From an uncultured Gemmatimonadales bacterium (GTDB lineage Bacteria > Gemmatimonadota > Gemmatimonadetes > Gemmatimonadales > GWC2-71-9), in assembly GCA_963798915.1 (NCBI GenBank), contig CAWCVB010000005.1, forward strand, positions 345,291-409,290: a DNA stretch of 64,000 nt. The letters run 5' to 3'. This document shows, piece by piece, positions 17,809 through 28,260 of the stretch. A model generated the notes under the pieces. It made no database searches. It had not been told where the DNA came from and worked only from the letters and a program-made list of their open reading frames with translations. A program made the translations under genes and the position numbers. Position 1 is the first letter of the stretch. Every line of letters starts with the position of its first letter.

Positions 17809-19203
17809 TCAGATGTGGATGACGCGACCCATCGAGTCGAGGCACGCCTCGGCGACGGCTTCGCTCAGCGTCGGGTGGGCATGCACCGCCAGGTCCACTT
17901 CCTCCACGGTGAATTCGTTTTCGCGTGCGACGGCGAGTTCGTGGATGATCTCGGAGGCGTGGCCGCCCACAATGTGGGCACCGAGGATTTCCCCGTACTG
18001 CTTGCCTCGAATGACCTTGACGAATCCCTCCGTTTCGTTGGTGGCTCGCGCCCGCCCATTGGCGCTGAAGGGGAAGCGACCAACCTGATATGCCAGCTTC
18101 TGTTCCTTGCACTGGTCTTCCGTCAGGCCGATGCTGGCGACTTCGGGCTTGCAATAGGTGACGCTGGGAATGTTGTCGTACTTGATGGCTGGCGGCTGAT
18201 GGCCTGCGATCCGCTCGGCCACCACCACGCCTTCACGGCTGCCCTTGTGGGCCAGCATCGGGGGGCCTGCGACGTCACCGATGCAGTAGACGCCCTGGGC
18301 CGTGGTTTCGAGCGTATCCATGTTGACCTTGACGAAGCCGCGGTCGGTGAGTTCGATCCCGGCCTCCTTGAATCCCATGTCCTCCGTATTGAGGGCGCGG
18401 CCGGCTGCCATGAGGACCTTTTCCGCCTCAACGGTCTTCTTGTCGCCGCCGACCTCCAGCGCGAGCGTCACCTTGTCCTTGCCCACCTTGGCCGAGGTCA
18501 CCTTGGCGCCGGCGTAGATGTCGATGCCACGCTTCGTATAGCTCTTGCTCACGGCCTCGGAACTTTCGGCGTCCTCGATCGGGAGGATGCGAGGCAACGC
18601 CTCGATCAGCGTCACCTTGGTGCCGAAGGCATTGAAGATGTCAGCGAATTCAGTACCGACGGCCCCGGCGCCGACGATCGCCAATGTCCGGGGCGCAGAC
18701 TCGAGAAACAGTGCTTCGTCGGAGCTGATGACCGTGCTCCCGTTGAGTTCAAGCCCGATCTGGGGGATGCCCTTCACCCGCGAGCCGGTGGCGAGGACGA
18801 GTGCCTTCTTCGCCTCGTGTGTGTCCTCACCCACCTTGACCTTCCGACCCGGCAGCACGGAGCCGGTGCCGTTCAGGACCGTGACCTTGTGCTTCTTCAT
18901 GAGGAACCCGACGCCCTTTGAGTTCTGCTCCGAGACCTTGCGGGAGCGTTTCATGGCGACGCCGTAGTCGGTCTTCATTTCGCCCGTCGAGATGCCGAGG
19001 TCCTTGGCCTCATGCGCCAGGACGCGCGCGATGTACGCGCTGTACAGCAGGGCCTTGGTCGGAATGCAGCCGATATTGACGCAGACGCCGCCCAGTTTGT
19101 CCTTCTCCACCACGGCTGTGGCCAGGCCGAGCTGCGCGGCACGGATGGCGCACACATAACCGGCCGGGCCGCCTCCCAGGATGATGACATCGAATTGTGC
19201 CAC
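17809..19203 (-). CDS. lpdA: Dihydrolipoyl dehydrogenase (E3)
   Basis: GGGPAGY, GGVCVNIGCIPTK, GAGAVG.E, HAHPTLSE. Confidence 0.97.
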   Translation of the reverse strand: MAQFDVIILGGGPAGYVCAIRAAQLGLATAVVEKDKLGGVCVNIGCIPTKALLYSAYIARVLAHEAKDLGISTGEMKTDYGVAMKRSRKVSEQNSKGVGFLMKKHKVTVLNGTGSVLPGRKVKVGEDTHEAKKALVLATGSRVKGIPQIGLELNGSTVISSDEALFLESAPRTLAIVGAGAVGTEFADIFNAFGTKVTLIEALPRILPIEDAESSEAVSKSYTKRGIDIYAGAKVTSAKVGKDKVTLALEVGGDKKTVEAEKVLMAAGRALNTEDMGFKEAGIELTDRGFVKVNMDTLETTAQGVYCIGDVAGPPMLAHKGSREGVVVAERIAGHQPPAIKYDNIPSVTYCKPEVASIGLTEDQCKEQKLAYQVGRFPFSANGRARATNETEGFVKVIRGKQYGEILGAHIVGGHASEIIHELAVARENEFTVEEVDLAVHAHPTLSEAVAEACLDSMGRVIHI

Positions 19204-19236
19204 GGGTGTCCTCGATCGTAAGCGTAGGTCGTAGAG

Positions 19237-19285
19237 GTCAAGGGCCAGCGGTCAATGGTCGACAGTCAACCGTCGACTGTCACCA
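19237..19285. repeat. Degenerate heptamer tandem array (GTCRAYN-like) between pdhC and lpdA
   Basis: gtcaagg gccagcg gtcaatg gtcgaca gtcaacc gtcgact gtcacca. Confidence 0.55.
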
Positions 19286-20584
19286 CACCATCGCCAGCGG
19301 GTTCTCCAGCATGCGCTTCAGTGTCTGCAGGAACCTGGCCCCGGTCGCGCCGTCGATCACACGATGGTCGCATGACATGGTCACCTTCATCCGCCTGCGC
19401 ACTTCCAGCCCGTCCGCTGCGGGCACCGTGCGCTCGGCAATCCGGCCGATGGCAAGGATGCCGGCTTCGGGCGGATTGATGATTGCGGTAAATTCATCGA
19501 TGTCCAACATGCCCAGGTTGGACACGGAGAAGGTGCTCCCACTGTACTCCTCGGGCGTCAGCCGGCGGTCGCGGGCGCGGGCCGCCAGGTCCCTCGCCTC
19601 CGTTGCGATCTCACGAAGCGACTTGAGGTCCGCGTGCCGGATGACGGGCGTGATGAGGCCATCCTCGATCGCCACCGCCATGCCGATGTGCACCTCGTTC
19701 CAATAGCGGATATGATCATCCTGCCACCAGCCATTGCATTCAGGATGCTGCCGGAGCGCCAGCGCGGTGGCCTTGATGACGATGTCGTTGTACGAAATCT
19801 TGCCTTCGCCCAACGTGTTGATGGCATCCCGCGCCTCGGCGGCGCGTTCCATGTCGATGTCGGTCGTGAGGTAGAAGGTCGGCACCGGCCCGATTGACTG
19901 GACCAGCCGGCGGGCAATGGTCTTCCGGATCTGGCTCAGCGGGACATCTCGAAAGGGCTCACCCGGGGGAACGAGCGGAGCCCGCGCGGGCGCCTTCGCG
20001 GCGGCCCCGGCCGGAGCCGCAACTTCCGCCGATTCGACGTCACGCTGCACGATTCGGCCGGCCGGCCCCGAGCCGCGCACGCCAGCGAGGTCGATGCCGC
20101 GTTCCTGCGCAATGCGTCGAGCCAGCGGGGAAGCTTTGACCCGCGCCCCAGCCGGACCTGGCGCCGCCGCCGCCGCGACCGGTGCCGCTGCCGGGATGGG
20201 TTCGGCGCGGCGCTCGGGGCGCGGCGCTTCGACCGGTTCCGGACGTGTCACGCCGCCGGTGGCGGTGGGTGGGTTGGCGGCCGGCTCCTCGGTCGCCGGC
20301 TGGCTCCCGCCGGCCTCGGTCGGCGCTCCATCGCCCACTGCCTCGCCCGGCTGGCCGATCCACCCGACGGTCTCCGAGACCGGCACGGTGGCGCCCGTGG
20401 CGGCGACCTGCTTCAGCAGGGTGCCGTCCGCACGCGCCACCAGCTCCATCACGGCCTTGTCCGTTTCGACGTCCGCCAGCACGTCGCCGACAGCCACCGT
20501 GTCGCCCTCCTTCTTCTTCCATTCAACGAGGCGCCCTTCCTCCATCGTGGGCGAGAGCGCCTCCATGACGACTTTAGTTGCCAT
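19280..20584 (-). CDS. pdhC: Pyruvate dehydrogenase E2 (dihydrolipoamide acetyltransferase)
   Basis: One lipoyl domain (ETDKA), ASPLARR binding domain, SNLGM, SCDHRVIDGA; alternative start 20593. Confidence 0.96.
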   Translation of the reverse strand: MATKVVMEALSPTMEEGRLVEWKKKEGDTVAVGDVLADVETDKAVMELVARADGTLLKQVAATGATVPVSETVGWIGQPGEAVGDGAPTEAGGSQPATEEPAANPPTATGGVTRPEPVEAPRPERRAEPIPAAAPVAAAAAPGPAGARVKASPLARRIAQERGIDLAGVRGSGPAGRIVQRDVESAEVAAPAGAAAKAPARAPLVPPGEPFRDVPLSQIRKTIARRLVQSIGPVPTFYLTTDIDMERAAEARDAINTLGEGKISYNDIVIKATALALRQHPECNGWWQDDHIRYWNEVHIGMAVAIEDGLITPVIRHADLKSLREIATEARDLAARARDRRLTPEEYSGSTFSVSNLGMLDIDEFTAIINPPEAGILAIGRIAERTVPAADGLEVRRRMKVTMSCDHRVIDGATGARFLQTLKRMLENPLAMVW

Positions 20585-20593
20585 CGTATCCAT

Positions 20594-20614
20594 CGTGGGT
20601 CATGAGTCGTGGAT
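20594..20614. repeat. Degenerate heptamer repeat x3 between pdhB and pdhC
   Basis: cgtgggt catgagt cgtggat. Confidence 0.4.
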
Positions 20615-20631
20615 CGGGTGCCGCACCGGCA

Positions 20632-21615
20632 TCACTCATCGAGGTAGAGCACTTTCCTCGCGGCCGCGACGACCGTATCCGGGTCGGGCTTGGCGGCCTT
20701 CTCGAGGGCGCGGTTGTAGGGCATGGGCACGTCGGCCTGGGTGATCCGCAGCACCGGCGCGTCGAGTTCGTCGAAGATCTGTTCCTGGATCTCGTACACG
20801 ACCTGCGCGCCGACGCCGGCAAAGGGCCAGCCTTCTTCGACCACGACGCACCGATGCGTCCGGGCCACCGAGTTGAGGATCGTCTCCGTGTCCAGCGGGC
20901 GGATGGTGCGCAGATCGAGCACCTCTGCCGCGACGCCCTGCCCGGCAAGCTTGTCGGCCGCCTTGAGCGCCACCGACAATGTCTTGGAGTGGCAGACAAT
21001 CGTCAGGTCCCGGCCCTCCCGCTTGATCTCGGCCTTGCCGATGGGCGTGGTGAATTCGTCCTCGGGCACCTCACCCTTGGTGTTGTAGAGCATCTCGCCT
21101 TCCATGAACACCACCGGGTTGTCGTCCCGGATGGCGCTCTTGAGCAGCCCCTTCGCATCTGCCGGTGTGGCGGGCGCAATCACCTTGAGCCCTGGCACGT
21201 GGGCGTACCACGACTCGAACGCCTGGGAGTGCTGGGCGCCGAGCTGCAGCGCGGCGCCGCCCGGCCCACGGAACACGATCGGGCACCCGATCTGGCCGCC
21301 CGACATGTAACGGACCTTGGCGGCGGCATTGACGATCTGGTCGATCGCCAGGAGCGCGAAGTTCCACGTCATGAACTCGATGACAGGACGGAGGCCCGTC
21401 ATGGCGGCACCGACGCCGATCCCGGTGAACCCAAGTTCGGCAATGGGTGTGTCCACCACCCGCATCGGGCCGAATTCTTCGAGCAGCCCGCGGCTGACCT
21501 TGTAGGCGCCGTTGTACTCGGCCACTTCTTCGCCCATCAGGAACACGTTCTCGTCCCGCGCGAGTTCCTCGCGCAGCGCCTGGTTCAGTGCATCACGGTA
21601 GGTGAGGACGGTCAT
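20632..21615 (-). CDS. pdhB: Pyruvate dehydrogenase E1 beta subunit
   Basis: [38 protein letters not shown]; start MTVLTYRD. Confidence 0.96.
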   Translation of the reverse strand: MTVLTYRDALNQALREELARDENVFLMGEEVAEYNGAYKVSRGLLEEFGPMRVVDTPIAELGFTGIGVGAAMTGLRPVIEFMTWNFALLAIDQIVNAAAKVRYMSGGQIGCPIVFRGPGGAALQLGAQHSQAFESWYAHVPGLKVIAPATPADAKGLLKSAIRDDNPVVFMEGEMLYNTKGEVPEDEFTTPIGKAEIKREGRDLTIVCHSKTLSVALKAADKLAGQGVAAEVLDLRTIRPLDTETILNSVARTHRCVVVEEGWPFAGVGAQVVYEIQEQIFDELDAPVLRITQADVPMPYNRALEKAAKPDPDTVVAAARKVLYLDE

Positions 21616-22637
21616 CAGGCGCCCGCTTCCGGCGCGTAGACGTTGGTGCGCAGCTCGCTCAGGTCCGGTTCCGGGGATTGCTCCGCGAACTGCTCGGCGT
21701 CGGTTACCTCCGCGGCGACCTCTTGCTCGAGTTCGGCCATGGCCGCATCGTCCAGCAGACCGGCTTCGCGAAGCCGCGCCGCCAGCACCTCGATCGGGTC
21801 GCGCTTGCGGTACTCGTCCACTTCGTCCCTGGTGCGGTAGGTCCCGTGCGCGGCGTCGGACATGGAGTGGCCGACGTAGCGATAGGTCCGGATCTCCAGC
21901 AGCGTCGGCGCCGAATCCTCGCGGGCGCGCCGCACCGCGTCGTCCGTGGCACTCTTCACCGCGACGACGTCCTGGCCGTCGACGACCACGCCGGGCATGT
22001 TGTAGCTTGCCGCGCGCTCGAACAGATCGGTGATGGCCGACGCGCGCCCGACGGCGGTACCCATGCCGTAGCCATTGTTCTCGATCACGAAGATGGCTGG
22101 GAGCCGCCACAGGCCCGCCATGTTCAACGTCTCATGGAAGGCGCCGATGTTGGCTGCGGCCTCCCCGAAGTAGCAGAGCGACACCTGATCGGTGCCGCGG
22201 TACTTGGCCGAGAAGGCAAATCCGGCTCCCAGCGGAATCTGGCCACCCACAATGCCATGCCCACCCATGAAGTGGAGCGAGGCATCGAAGAGGTGCATCG
22301 AACCGCCCTTGCCGCTGGAGCATCCCGTGGCCTTGCCATATAGCTCTGCCATCACGCTGCGCGCCGAAATGCCGCGCGCCAGCGCCTGGCCGTGCTCGCG
22401 ATACGCGCTCACGACGTAATCGTCTTCGCCCAGCGCCGCGAGCGTGCCCACGGCCACGGCCTCCTGCCCGATGTAGAGATGACAGAAGCCACCGATCTTG
22501 CCCAGGCTGTACGCCTCGCCCGCCTTCTCTTCGAACCGCCGGATCAGGAGCATCTGGCGCAGCCAGTGACGCCATTCCCTGGCGGTGTCGTCATTGACGC
22601 CCTTTTCCTTGCGCGACCGTGTTGCCGTTCCTGCCAT
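21615..22637 (-). CDS. pdhA: Pyruvate dehydrogenase E1 alpha subunit
   Basis: [23 protein letters not shown]...[12 protein letters not shown] motif, [10 protein letters not shown]. Confidence 0.96.
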   Translation of the reverse strand: MAGTATRSRKEKGVNDDTAREWRHWLRQMLLIRRFEEKAGEAYSLGKIGGFCHLYIGQEAVAVGTLAALGEDDYVVSAYREHGQALARGISARSVMAELYGKATGCSSGKGGSMHLFDASLHFMGGHGIVGGQIPLGAGFAFSAKYRGTDQVSLCYFGEAAANIGAFHETLNMAGLWRLPAIFVIENNGYGMGTAVGRASAITDLFERAASYNMPGVVVDGQDVVAVKSATDDAVRRAREDSAPTLLEIRTYRYVGHSMSDAAHGTYRTRDEVDEYRKRDPIEVLAARLREAGLLDDAAMAELEQEVAAEVTDAEQFAEQSPEPDLSELRTNVYAPEAGA

Positions 22638-23563
22638 CACATGGTCCTCTGCTGGGCCCGGGCATGGTCGACCTGCGCCCAGGCATGGTACGAGCTGCGC
22701 GTGAGGGGGCTTGCTTCGACATGGGCAAAGCCCATGCGGCGTCCCGCCTCTGCCAGTTCGGCAAACTCCTCAGGGGTGTAATAGCGGGCGACCGGCAGGT
22801 GGCCATCGCCTGGGCGCAGGTACTGCCCCAGGGTCACGATATTCACGTCGGCGCGCCGCAGGTCCCGCAGGCAGACCAGGATTTCATCCCATTCTTCACC
22901 CATGCCCAGGATCATGCCGCTCTTCGTCAGGGCGCCTGGCCCGCCCAGCGTCCGCGCGTTGCGCAGCAGCTGCAGCGCCCTCCGGTAGCGGCCACCCGGC
23001 CGCGCCAGCCGATAGAGCCGGTCCGCTGTTTCCAGGTTGTGATTGAGTATGTCGGGACGGGCGTCCATGACTATGCCCAGTGCCCGACGCGAACCCTTGA
23101 AGTCGGGAACGAGCACCTCGACCGACGTGTCCGGCAACCGCCGCCGGATCTCGGTAATGCAGCCGGCAAACGCCTCGGCGCCGCCGTTGGGGAGGTCGTC
23201 GCGGTCCACCGAAGTGATCACGACGTGCTGCAGGCCCATCTGCGCCACCGCCTCGGCCAGCCGGGTTGGCTCCAGTGGGTCGAACGCCTTGGGCGTGCCG
23301 TGCGCCACCGCGCAGTACGTACAGTTACGAGTGCAGACGTCGCCCAGGATCATGAACGTTGCTGCACGGTGCTCCCAGCACTCGCCCATGTTGGGACAGC
23401 GCGCCTCCTCGCAGACCGTGTGCAGGTCCAGTGTGCGCATCACCTGCTTGAGGTGCGCATAATTGGGCCCGCCAGGCGGCTTGATCGTGAGCCAGCCCGG
23501 CTTGCGCGCCGGGGCCGAACGAGCGGCCGGAGCGCGCGTCAGCTGTACCAATGGTGCCGCCAC
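22637..23563 (-). CDS. lipA: Lipoyl synthase
   Basis: CEEARCPNMGEC, CTRNCTYC radical-SAM motif, RSSYHA. Confidence 0.97.
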   Translation of the reverse strand: MAAPLVQLTRAPAARSAPARKPGWLTIKPPGGPNYAHLKQVMRTLDLHTVCEEARCPNMGECWEHRAATFMILGDVCTRNCTYCAVAHGTPKAFDPLEPTRLAEAVAQMGLQHVVITSVDRDDLPNGGAEAFAGCITEIRRRLPDTSVEVLVPDFKGSRRALGIVMDARPDILNHNLETADRLYRLARPGGRYRRALQLLRNARTLGGPGALTKSGMILGMGEEWDEILVCLRDLRRADVNIVTLGQYLRPGDGHLPVARYYTPEEFAELAEAGRRMGFAHVEASPLTRSSYHAWAQVDHARAQQRTM

Positions 23564-23661
23564 TCCATCTCCTCAGTCCGAAGTCCGGACGGAGCGTCCG
23601 AAGGCCGGAAAAGTAGTCGGGCTGGGGAGGGTTTTGTATGGGGACGGGCAGCAGGACGGAC

Positions 23662-24837
23662 TCAGAAAAACAGCATCATTCCAGCCGCCAGGCCCATCGA
23701 TCGGTTGGTTGCCGACGCCGGATTGTCGTCGAGGCTCCACGCTTCCGTCACTTCACTCACCAGTTTGAGTGAGCGGGTCGCCTGATAGTAGGCGCCAAGC
23801 GTGGCGGCACGATTGATCGTGCGGAATGCGGGCTCACCAGGCGCCGACGAGAGGCGGCTTGCGCCCAGCGCCGCGCCCAGGGTGAGCGGCCCCATGCGGG
23901 GTTGCAGCGTCACCTGGCCGTAGACCCCGGCGCTTCGGCGTAGCGCCGCACTGGTGCTGTCCGCCGTACGCCCATCGCGAAACAGCAGCGTGGTGCCAAT
24001 GCCGCGTCCGGTGTAGCCCTGCAGCGAGAGCGCGAGCGCTCGATACTGGAGCCGTCCGCCGACCGAGGTGCCCCAGGCCGTCGCACTGGCGCCCAGATGG
24101 GTGTCCTTCTGCGGTTGCACCAGGCCCGAGGCCCACAGCGAATTCCCGTCCCGTTCCCACTGCACCTCGCCCTCGACGCGAGGGGCGATCAATTCGTCAA
24201 ACCCATTGTTGCTGCTCGGGTCGAAGAGCGCCAGTGTGACCTGGAGCGGCCGCTCCGCTGGCGAGCTGTAGGCAAACTGCGCGTTGAAGCCGGGATAGAT
24301 GTAACCAAACCCGCTATGTCCCCGCGTCGTGCCGCCGGGGTTGCCGGCGATGCCGCCCGTCGCGCCGGTACCGAACAGCGACATGTCGCTCAACATGCTC
24401 TGGCGGCCGAAGACGCCCACCTCGCGCCCCGCCAGCACCCGGCCCCAGGTGCCAGCGGCCGAGACGTATGCCTGGCGCAGGTCGATCCGCGCGCCAAGGT
24501 CCTCGCCATCGTCGTGGCCACCCGCGGTCTGAATGACCGGTGCAAGGCCGAAATGTGCCGTGAGTTCCGTGACGCCCTCAGTGCCCTTGGCATCGAGCAC
24601 CGCAAAGGCCGGCAAGTAGCCCGACCGGATGGCGGAGCCCTGGTGGCCCACGCCGACCTCAGTGCCCGGCGTGGCGACCTGACCGCCGTCACGTTCGTGC
24701 TCGAAGACGTAGAACGCGCCGACGTTGCCCGCAAACGTGAAGGTCCAGCCATCGGGAGTGGCCAGTTGAACCTGGGCATGCAGCTTGGCGACTGCCGTCA
24801 GGAGCAGCAGCATGCAGCCCAGCACTCTTGGCATCAC
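23662..24837 (-). CDS. Outer-membrane porin-like beta-barrel protein
   Basis: Signal peptide, amphipathic beta strands, RQAYVS...WGRVLAGR, PRVEGE, C-terminal Phe. Confidence 0.75.
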   Translation of the reverse strand: MMPRVLGCMLLLLTAVAKLHAQVQLATPDGWTFTFAGNVGAFYVFEHERDGGQVATPGTEVGVGHQGSAIRSGYLPAFAVLDAKGTEGVTELTAHFGLAPVIQTAGGHDDGEDLGARIDLRQAYVSAAGTWGRVLAGREVGVFGRQSMLSDMSLFGTGATGGIAGNPGGTTRGHSGFGYIYPGFNAQFAYSSPAERPLQVTLALFDPSSNNGFDELIAPRVEGEVQWERDGNSLWASGLVQPQKDTHLGASATAWGTSVGGRLQYRALALSLQGYTGRGIGTTLLFRDGRTADSTSAALRRSAGVYGQVTLQPRMGPLTLGAALGASRLSSAPGEPAFRTINRAATLGAYYQATRSLKLVSEVTEAWSLDDNPASATNRSMGLAAGMMLFF

Positions 24838-26009
24838 GGTTCTCCCAGAAGACGTGTGATGTATGAGTGAAATGCATCGCGCTGCTGCTGGTGCATGGCG
24901 CCGGTGCTGGCCCCGTAGAATCCCGCGTAGACCCGGCGAACCCGACCATCCCGCCCGAGGAAGATCGACGTCGGGTAGGAGGTGAAGCCATCGAGCTGCG
25001 GTAGCGTTGCCGCCGTGGCTTCGACCGTGTTGGTGCCGCCCAGCGCAAGCGGGAAGGGAATCCGGTGTCGCGCCCGGTAGCGACGGACCAGTGCGGCATC
25101 GACCGCGGTGTCGCCCGACACTTCATAGGCAATGCCCACGATCTCGAGTCCCCTCGAGTGAAATTCGTTCCACAGCGCGACCAGCTCCGGCGCTGCCTCC
25201 TGGCAGGTGGGGCACCAGGTGCCGAAAATGTCGATCAGCACCACCTTGCCCTGGAACCTTGGGTCGCTGCTGCGCACCATCCCGCCGTCCACACCTGGGA
25301 AGGCAAACTGAAACGGCGCGCTGGTGTCGGCGCGGGTCATGCTGGTCGGCCGCTTGAGGTGCGGCCGCCCCGAGCTGCGGACCGCCGTGAACGGCGTCTG
25401 GGTGCGGAGCCCCGCGTGGAAGGTGCCGCGCAAGGTATCGCCGTCGAGGCGCGCCGTCACCAGATAAACAAACGAGCCATCAAAGTGGGCCATGACAATG
25501 CTGTCACCAGCCGCGTGGCCGGCAAACCGGCCATAATCGCCGGTGTTCGCGACGACGGTTCCCTCGAATCCGCCGGGCGTGTTCTGGAAGAGCAGGAGCC
25601 GCGGGCTGCGCCGCTCCCCCGTCACGAAGGTGGCGTCCCAGCTTCCCACCACCGCGCGGGGCGCTTCGCTCCGCGGAAAGGCACCCCGACTCGCGTGGAA
25701 GGGAATCACCCGCGGGCCTCGGTTACCCACGTTGCGATACATGCCGGCCAACGTGTCGCCAACGCAGCGCGCGCCAATGGTGGCCGCATAATCTGCCATC
25801 TCGAAAATGACCGAGTCGCCAACTTGCCGAACGCCGCTCAGCCGCTCGCAGGAACCCGCATTGCAGATCTGCCCCGCCGTCCCGCTGTCATCGATGCGCA
25901 GCACAAACTCGAGTTCGCCGCCGGCGAGAGAAAGCGCGGCCCGCCAGGGGCCATCCAGCGAAGTTCCGCAGGGGAGCGCGAGGGCAAGCCCGAAGAGCAC
26001 CGAGTTCAT
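24834..26009 (-). CDS. TlpA-family disulfide reductase with duplicated N-terminal beta domains
   Basis: GKVVLIDIFGTWCPTC, SYPT; repeats LDGPWRAAL / VVGSWDATF. Confidence 0.85.
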   Translation of the reverse strand: MNSVLFGLALALPCGTSLDGPWRAALSLAGGELEFVLRIDDSGTAGQICNAGSCERLSGVRQVGDSVIFEMADYAATIGARCVGDTLAGMYRNVGNRGPRVIPFHASRGAFPRSEAPRAVVGSWDATFVTGERRSPRLLLFQNTPGGFEGTVVANTGDYGRFAGHAAGDSIVMAHFDGSFVYLVTARLDGDTLRGTFHAGLRTQTPFTAVRSSGRPHLKRPTSMTRADTSAPFQFAFPGVDGGMVRSSDPRFQGKVVLIDIFGTWCPTCQEAAPELVALWNEFHSRGLEIVGIAYEVSGDTAVDAALVRRYRARHRIPFPLALGGTNTVEATAATLPQLDGFTSYPTSIFLGRDGRVRRVYAGFYGASTGAMHQQQRDAFHSYITRLLGEP

Positions 26010-26821
26010 CAATGCTCGAGGTACTGCTCGCCAGCCCGGATCGGCGCATCAATGGTGTTGCCGCGCCAAGGAGCAGGACAGGCGTAGGCAGAACTGTACG
26101 AACAGAACGGATTGCGTGCGCGGTTGAAGTCAAGACGCCAACCGCGGGCTCCTGCCGGTATGAGTGCCACAAAGCGACCCGCGGGATAGGTCCCCTGACC
26201 GTTGGTTCCGTCTCGGAAGTAGATCTCGAGATCCGCCTCATCGGTCGCTGGATCGGGAAGGCGCAGCACTGCGAGACGCACATCGTGTCCATTGATCGGC
26301 ACAAGAACGGAGCCCGCCTCCTCGGCCAGTACCTCGACGCCATCCGGTGACAGTACGGTGCGCCGACGAGTCGAATCGGGTGGAATGAGGCGGCCGACGA
26401 AGCTGAGGCTCGGGTCGAATGGGTACCAGGCGGGCCGCCCCCGTGCCCTGGTGCTGTCGAAGATGGTCACTACCGGGCGATCCGCAGTTCCATTGGCGAC
26501 CAGCAGGTAATGTCCCGCGCGCACGGGCCGTCCGCGCGACATGGCCTGACGACCCTGCGGTCCGACCAGCTGCATCGAGCCACCTGTCGTCGTGACCTGC
26601 AAGGACCCGATGCCAGGAAGGGCGAGGTCGGCATCGGCCGGACCCAGCTGAAGACCGGAGCCGACCGGCAGCTGCGCCACGGCGGCATAGGGAGAAATCG
26701 GCGATTTGGCCAGCCACGTCGCAAAGGCATCGCGCTCGGCGCGAATGAGGGCCGGCTCCTGCGCCGGAAGCTGGCCGGCGACGATGCAGAGGAGGGCCAG
26801 CACTGCACGGGGCTGATTCAC
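26009..26821 (-). CDS. DUF1684 domain protein (exported)
   Basis: FRDGTNGQGTYPAGRF, LDFNRARNPFCSYS.AYACP, IRAGE. Confidence 0.88.
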   Translation of the reverse strand: MNQPRAVLALLCIVAGQLPAQEPALIRAERDAFATWLAKSPISPYAAVAQLPVGSGLQLGPADADLALPGIGSLQVTTTGGSMQLVGPQGRQAMSRGRPVRAGHYLLVANGTADRPVVTIFDSTRARGRPAWYPFDPSLSFVGRLIPPDSTRRRTVLSPDGVEVLAEEAGSVLVPINGHDVRLAVLRLPDPATDEADLEIYFRDGTNGQGTYPAGRFVALIPAGARGWRLDFNRARNPFCSYSSAYACPAPWRGNTIDAPIRAGEQYLEH

Positions 26822-26858
26822 AAGTGGGGCTCCCGGAAGTTCGACTCACGATGCGCGA

Positions 26859-27962
26859 CTACCACACCCACATCCGTGCTGGATCGAGCACCTTGGCGTG
26901 TTCGTGTACCGGCTCGCCGCGAATCATCTGCTGCAAAAGGATGGCCGTAATAGCCGCAAGCAGGATCCCGTTCCTGCCATGGCCAGTCGCATACCAGAGA
27001 TGACCGAGGTCCGGCGCAGGCCCGACGAGAGGCAGTCCATCAGGTGTGACTGGCCGCAGACCGGCCCAGCTGCGGCTTTCAGGACGAGCACCGAGCGGAG
27101 GGCAAAGTTCCCGCACGGATGCCCAGATCCGTTGCTGGCCAATGTCGGTGACAGAAGCGTCAAAACCGGCATACTCCATGGTCGAGCCAATGAGGGCCTC
27201 GCCTCCGCGCGCCAGGACGTACGCGTGTTGATGATAGAGAATGGCTCGCCGCATGTCGGACGGCCAGGTGAAGGCCGCCATCTGTCCGCGCACGGGCTCC
27301 ACCGACAAAGGGCGGGGCAAACCCTCGAGGCGCCCGGACCAGGCGCCGCCCGCCACGATGATGTCGTCGGCCGCAAACCGGTCGTCGGCAATGACCGCCG
27401 TGGCCCGGTCCCCATCCCGCTCGAGGCGCGTGGCGGTGCGGCGGAGAATGGTTGCGCCGTGCTGCACGGCGTCGGCCAGCAGCGCATTGACGAGGCTGAC
27501 CGGATCGAGCGCGCCATCCAGGGGAGACCAGAGCGCGCCCAATGGCGCGCGCAACCAGGGCCACTGCTGCCGGACCTCGCCCGCATCCAGCCAGTCGCAC
27601 CGGTGTCCCTGTTGCCGCTGCCATGCCACGTCCGCCTTGAGGCCGGTCGCGTCGGCTTCGTCGAAGGCAACCCGGGCGATACCCTCGCGCCAGAACCCCA
27701 CGTCGATGCCGGTGGCATCCTGAAGCTCCGCCGCCAATTGCACATACCGGTCGCGGCTGGCGACGCCCAGCTCGTAGAGTGACTCGCTCTTGTCGCTCTC
27801 GATCTGGGGCGCAAGCATTCCTCCCGCCGCGCGCCAGGCTGCCCCGGCGACGTCGGGGCGGTCCAGGACGAGGACCCGGCGCCGCTCGCGGGCGAGTTCA
27901 CGGGCACACGCTGCCCCTATCGCGCCGCCCCCGATTACGATAACATCATAGTTGGAAGCCAC
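26859..27962 (-). CDS. thiO: Glycine oxidase ThiO-like FAD-dependent oxidoreductase
   Basis: IGGGAIG, AAGGMLAP, PVRGQM, WAGLRP.TPD, GHGRNGILLA. Confidence 0.82.
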   Translation of the reverse strand: MASNYDVIVIGGGAIGAACARELARERRRVLVLDRPDVAGAAWRAAGGMLAPQIESDKSESLYELGVASRDRYVQLAAELQDATGIDVGFWREGIARVAFDEADATGLKADVAWQRQQGHRCDWLDAGEVRQQWPWLRAPLGALWSPLDGALDPVSLVNALLADAVQHGATILRRTATRLERDGDRATAVIADDRFAADDIIVAGGAWSGRLEGLPRPLSVEPVRGQMAAFTWPSDMRRAILYHQHAYVLARGGEALIGSTMEYAGFDASVTDIGQQRIWASVRELCPPLGARPESRSWAGLRPVTPDGLPLVGPAPDLGHLWYATGHGRNGILLAAITAILLQQMIRGEPVHEHAKVLDPARMWVW

Positions 27963-28036
27963 TTAGTGCCTCGACGAAACTTAATGAAACATCGGGGCGT
28001 ATGGTGACGCGACCGGCCACCTCGGAGGAAAATAGC

Positions 28037-28249
28037 ATGGTCCGGAGCATACTCGGCTTTTCGATTTTCGCGTTCGTCGGCGTACTGGCGATGAAGTTGG
28101 TGCTCGGGTTGTTGGGCGGCATCCTGTCCCTGATCGTTACCATCCTGATCTGGGCATTCTGGGGCTGGGTGTTCTATCTGATCCTCAAGGCGGTCGCCCC
28201 GGATACGGCGGCGCGGCTCCGCGGCGTGATCAGCGGCAAGGCGGACTGA
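28037..28249 (+). CDS. Small membrane protein (70 aa)
   Basis: GGAGGA SD; two hydrophobic helices. Confidence 0.75.
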   Translation: MVRSILGFSIFAFVGVLAMKLVLGLLGGILSLIVTILIWAFWGWVFYLILKAVAPDTAARLRGVISGKAD

Positions 28250-28260
28250 CCAGCGCTTCG

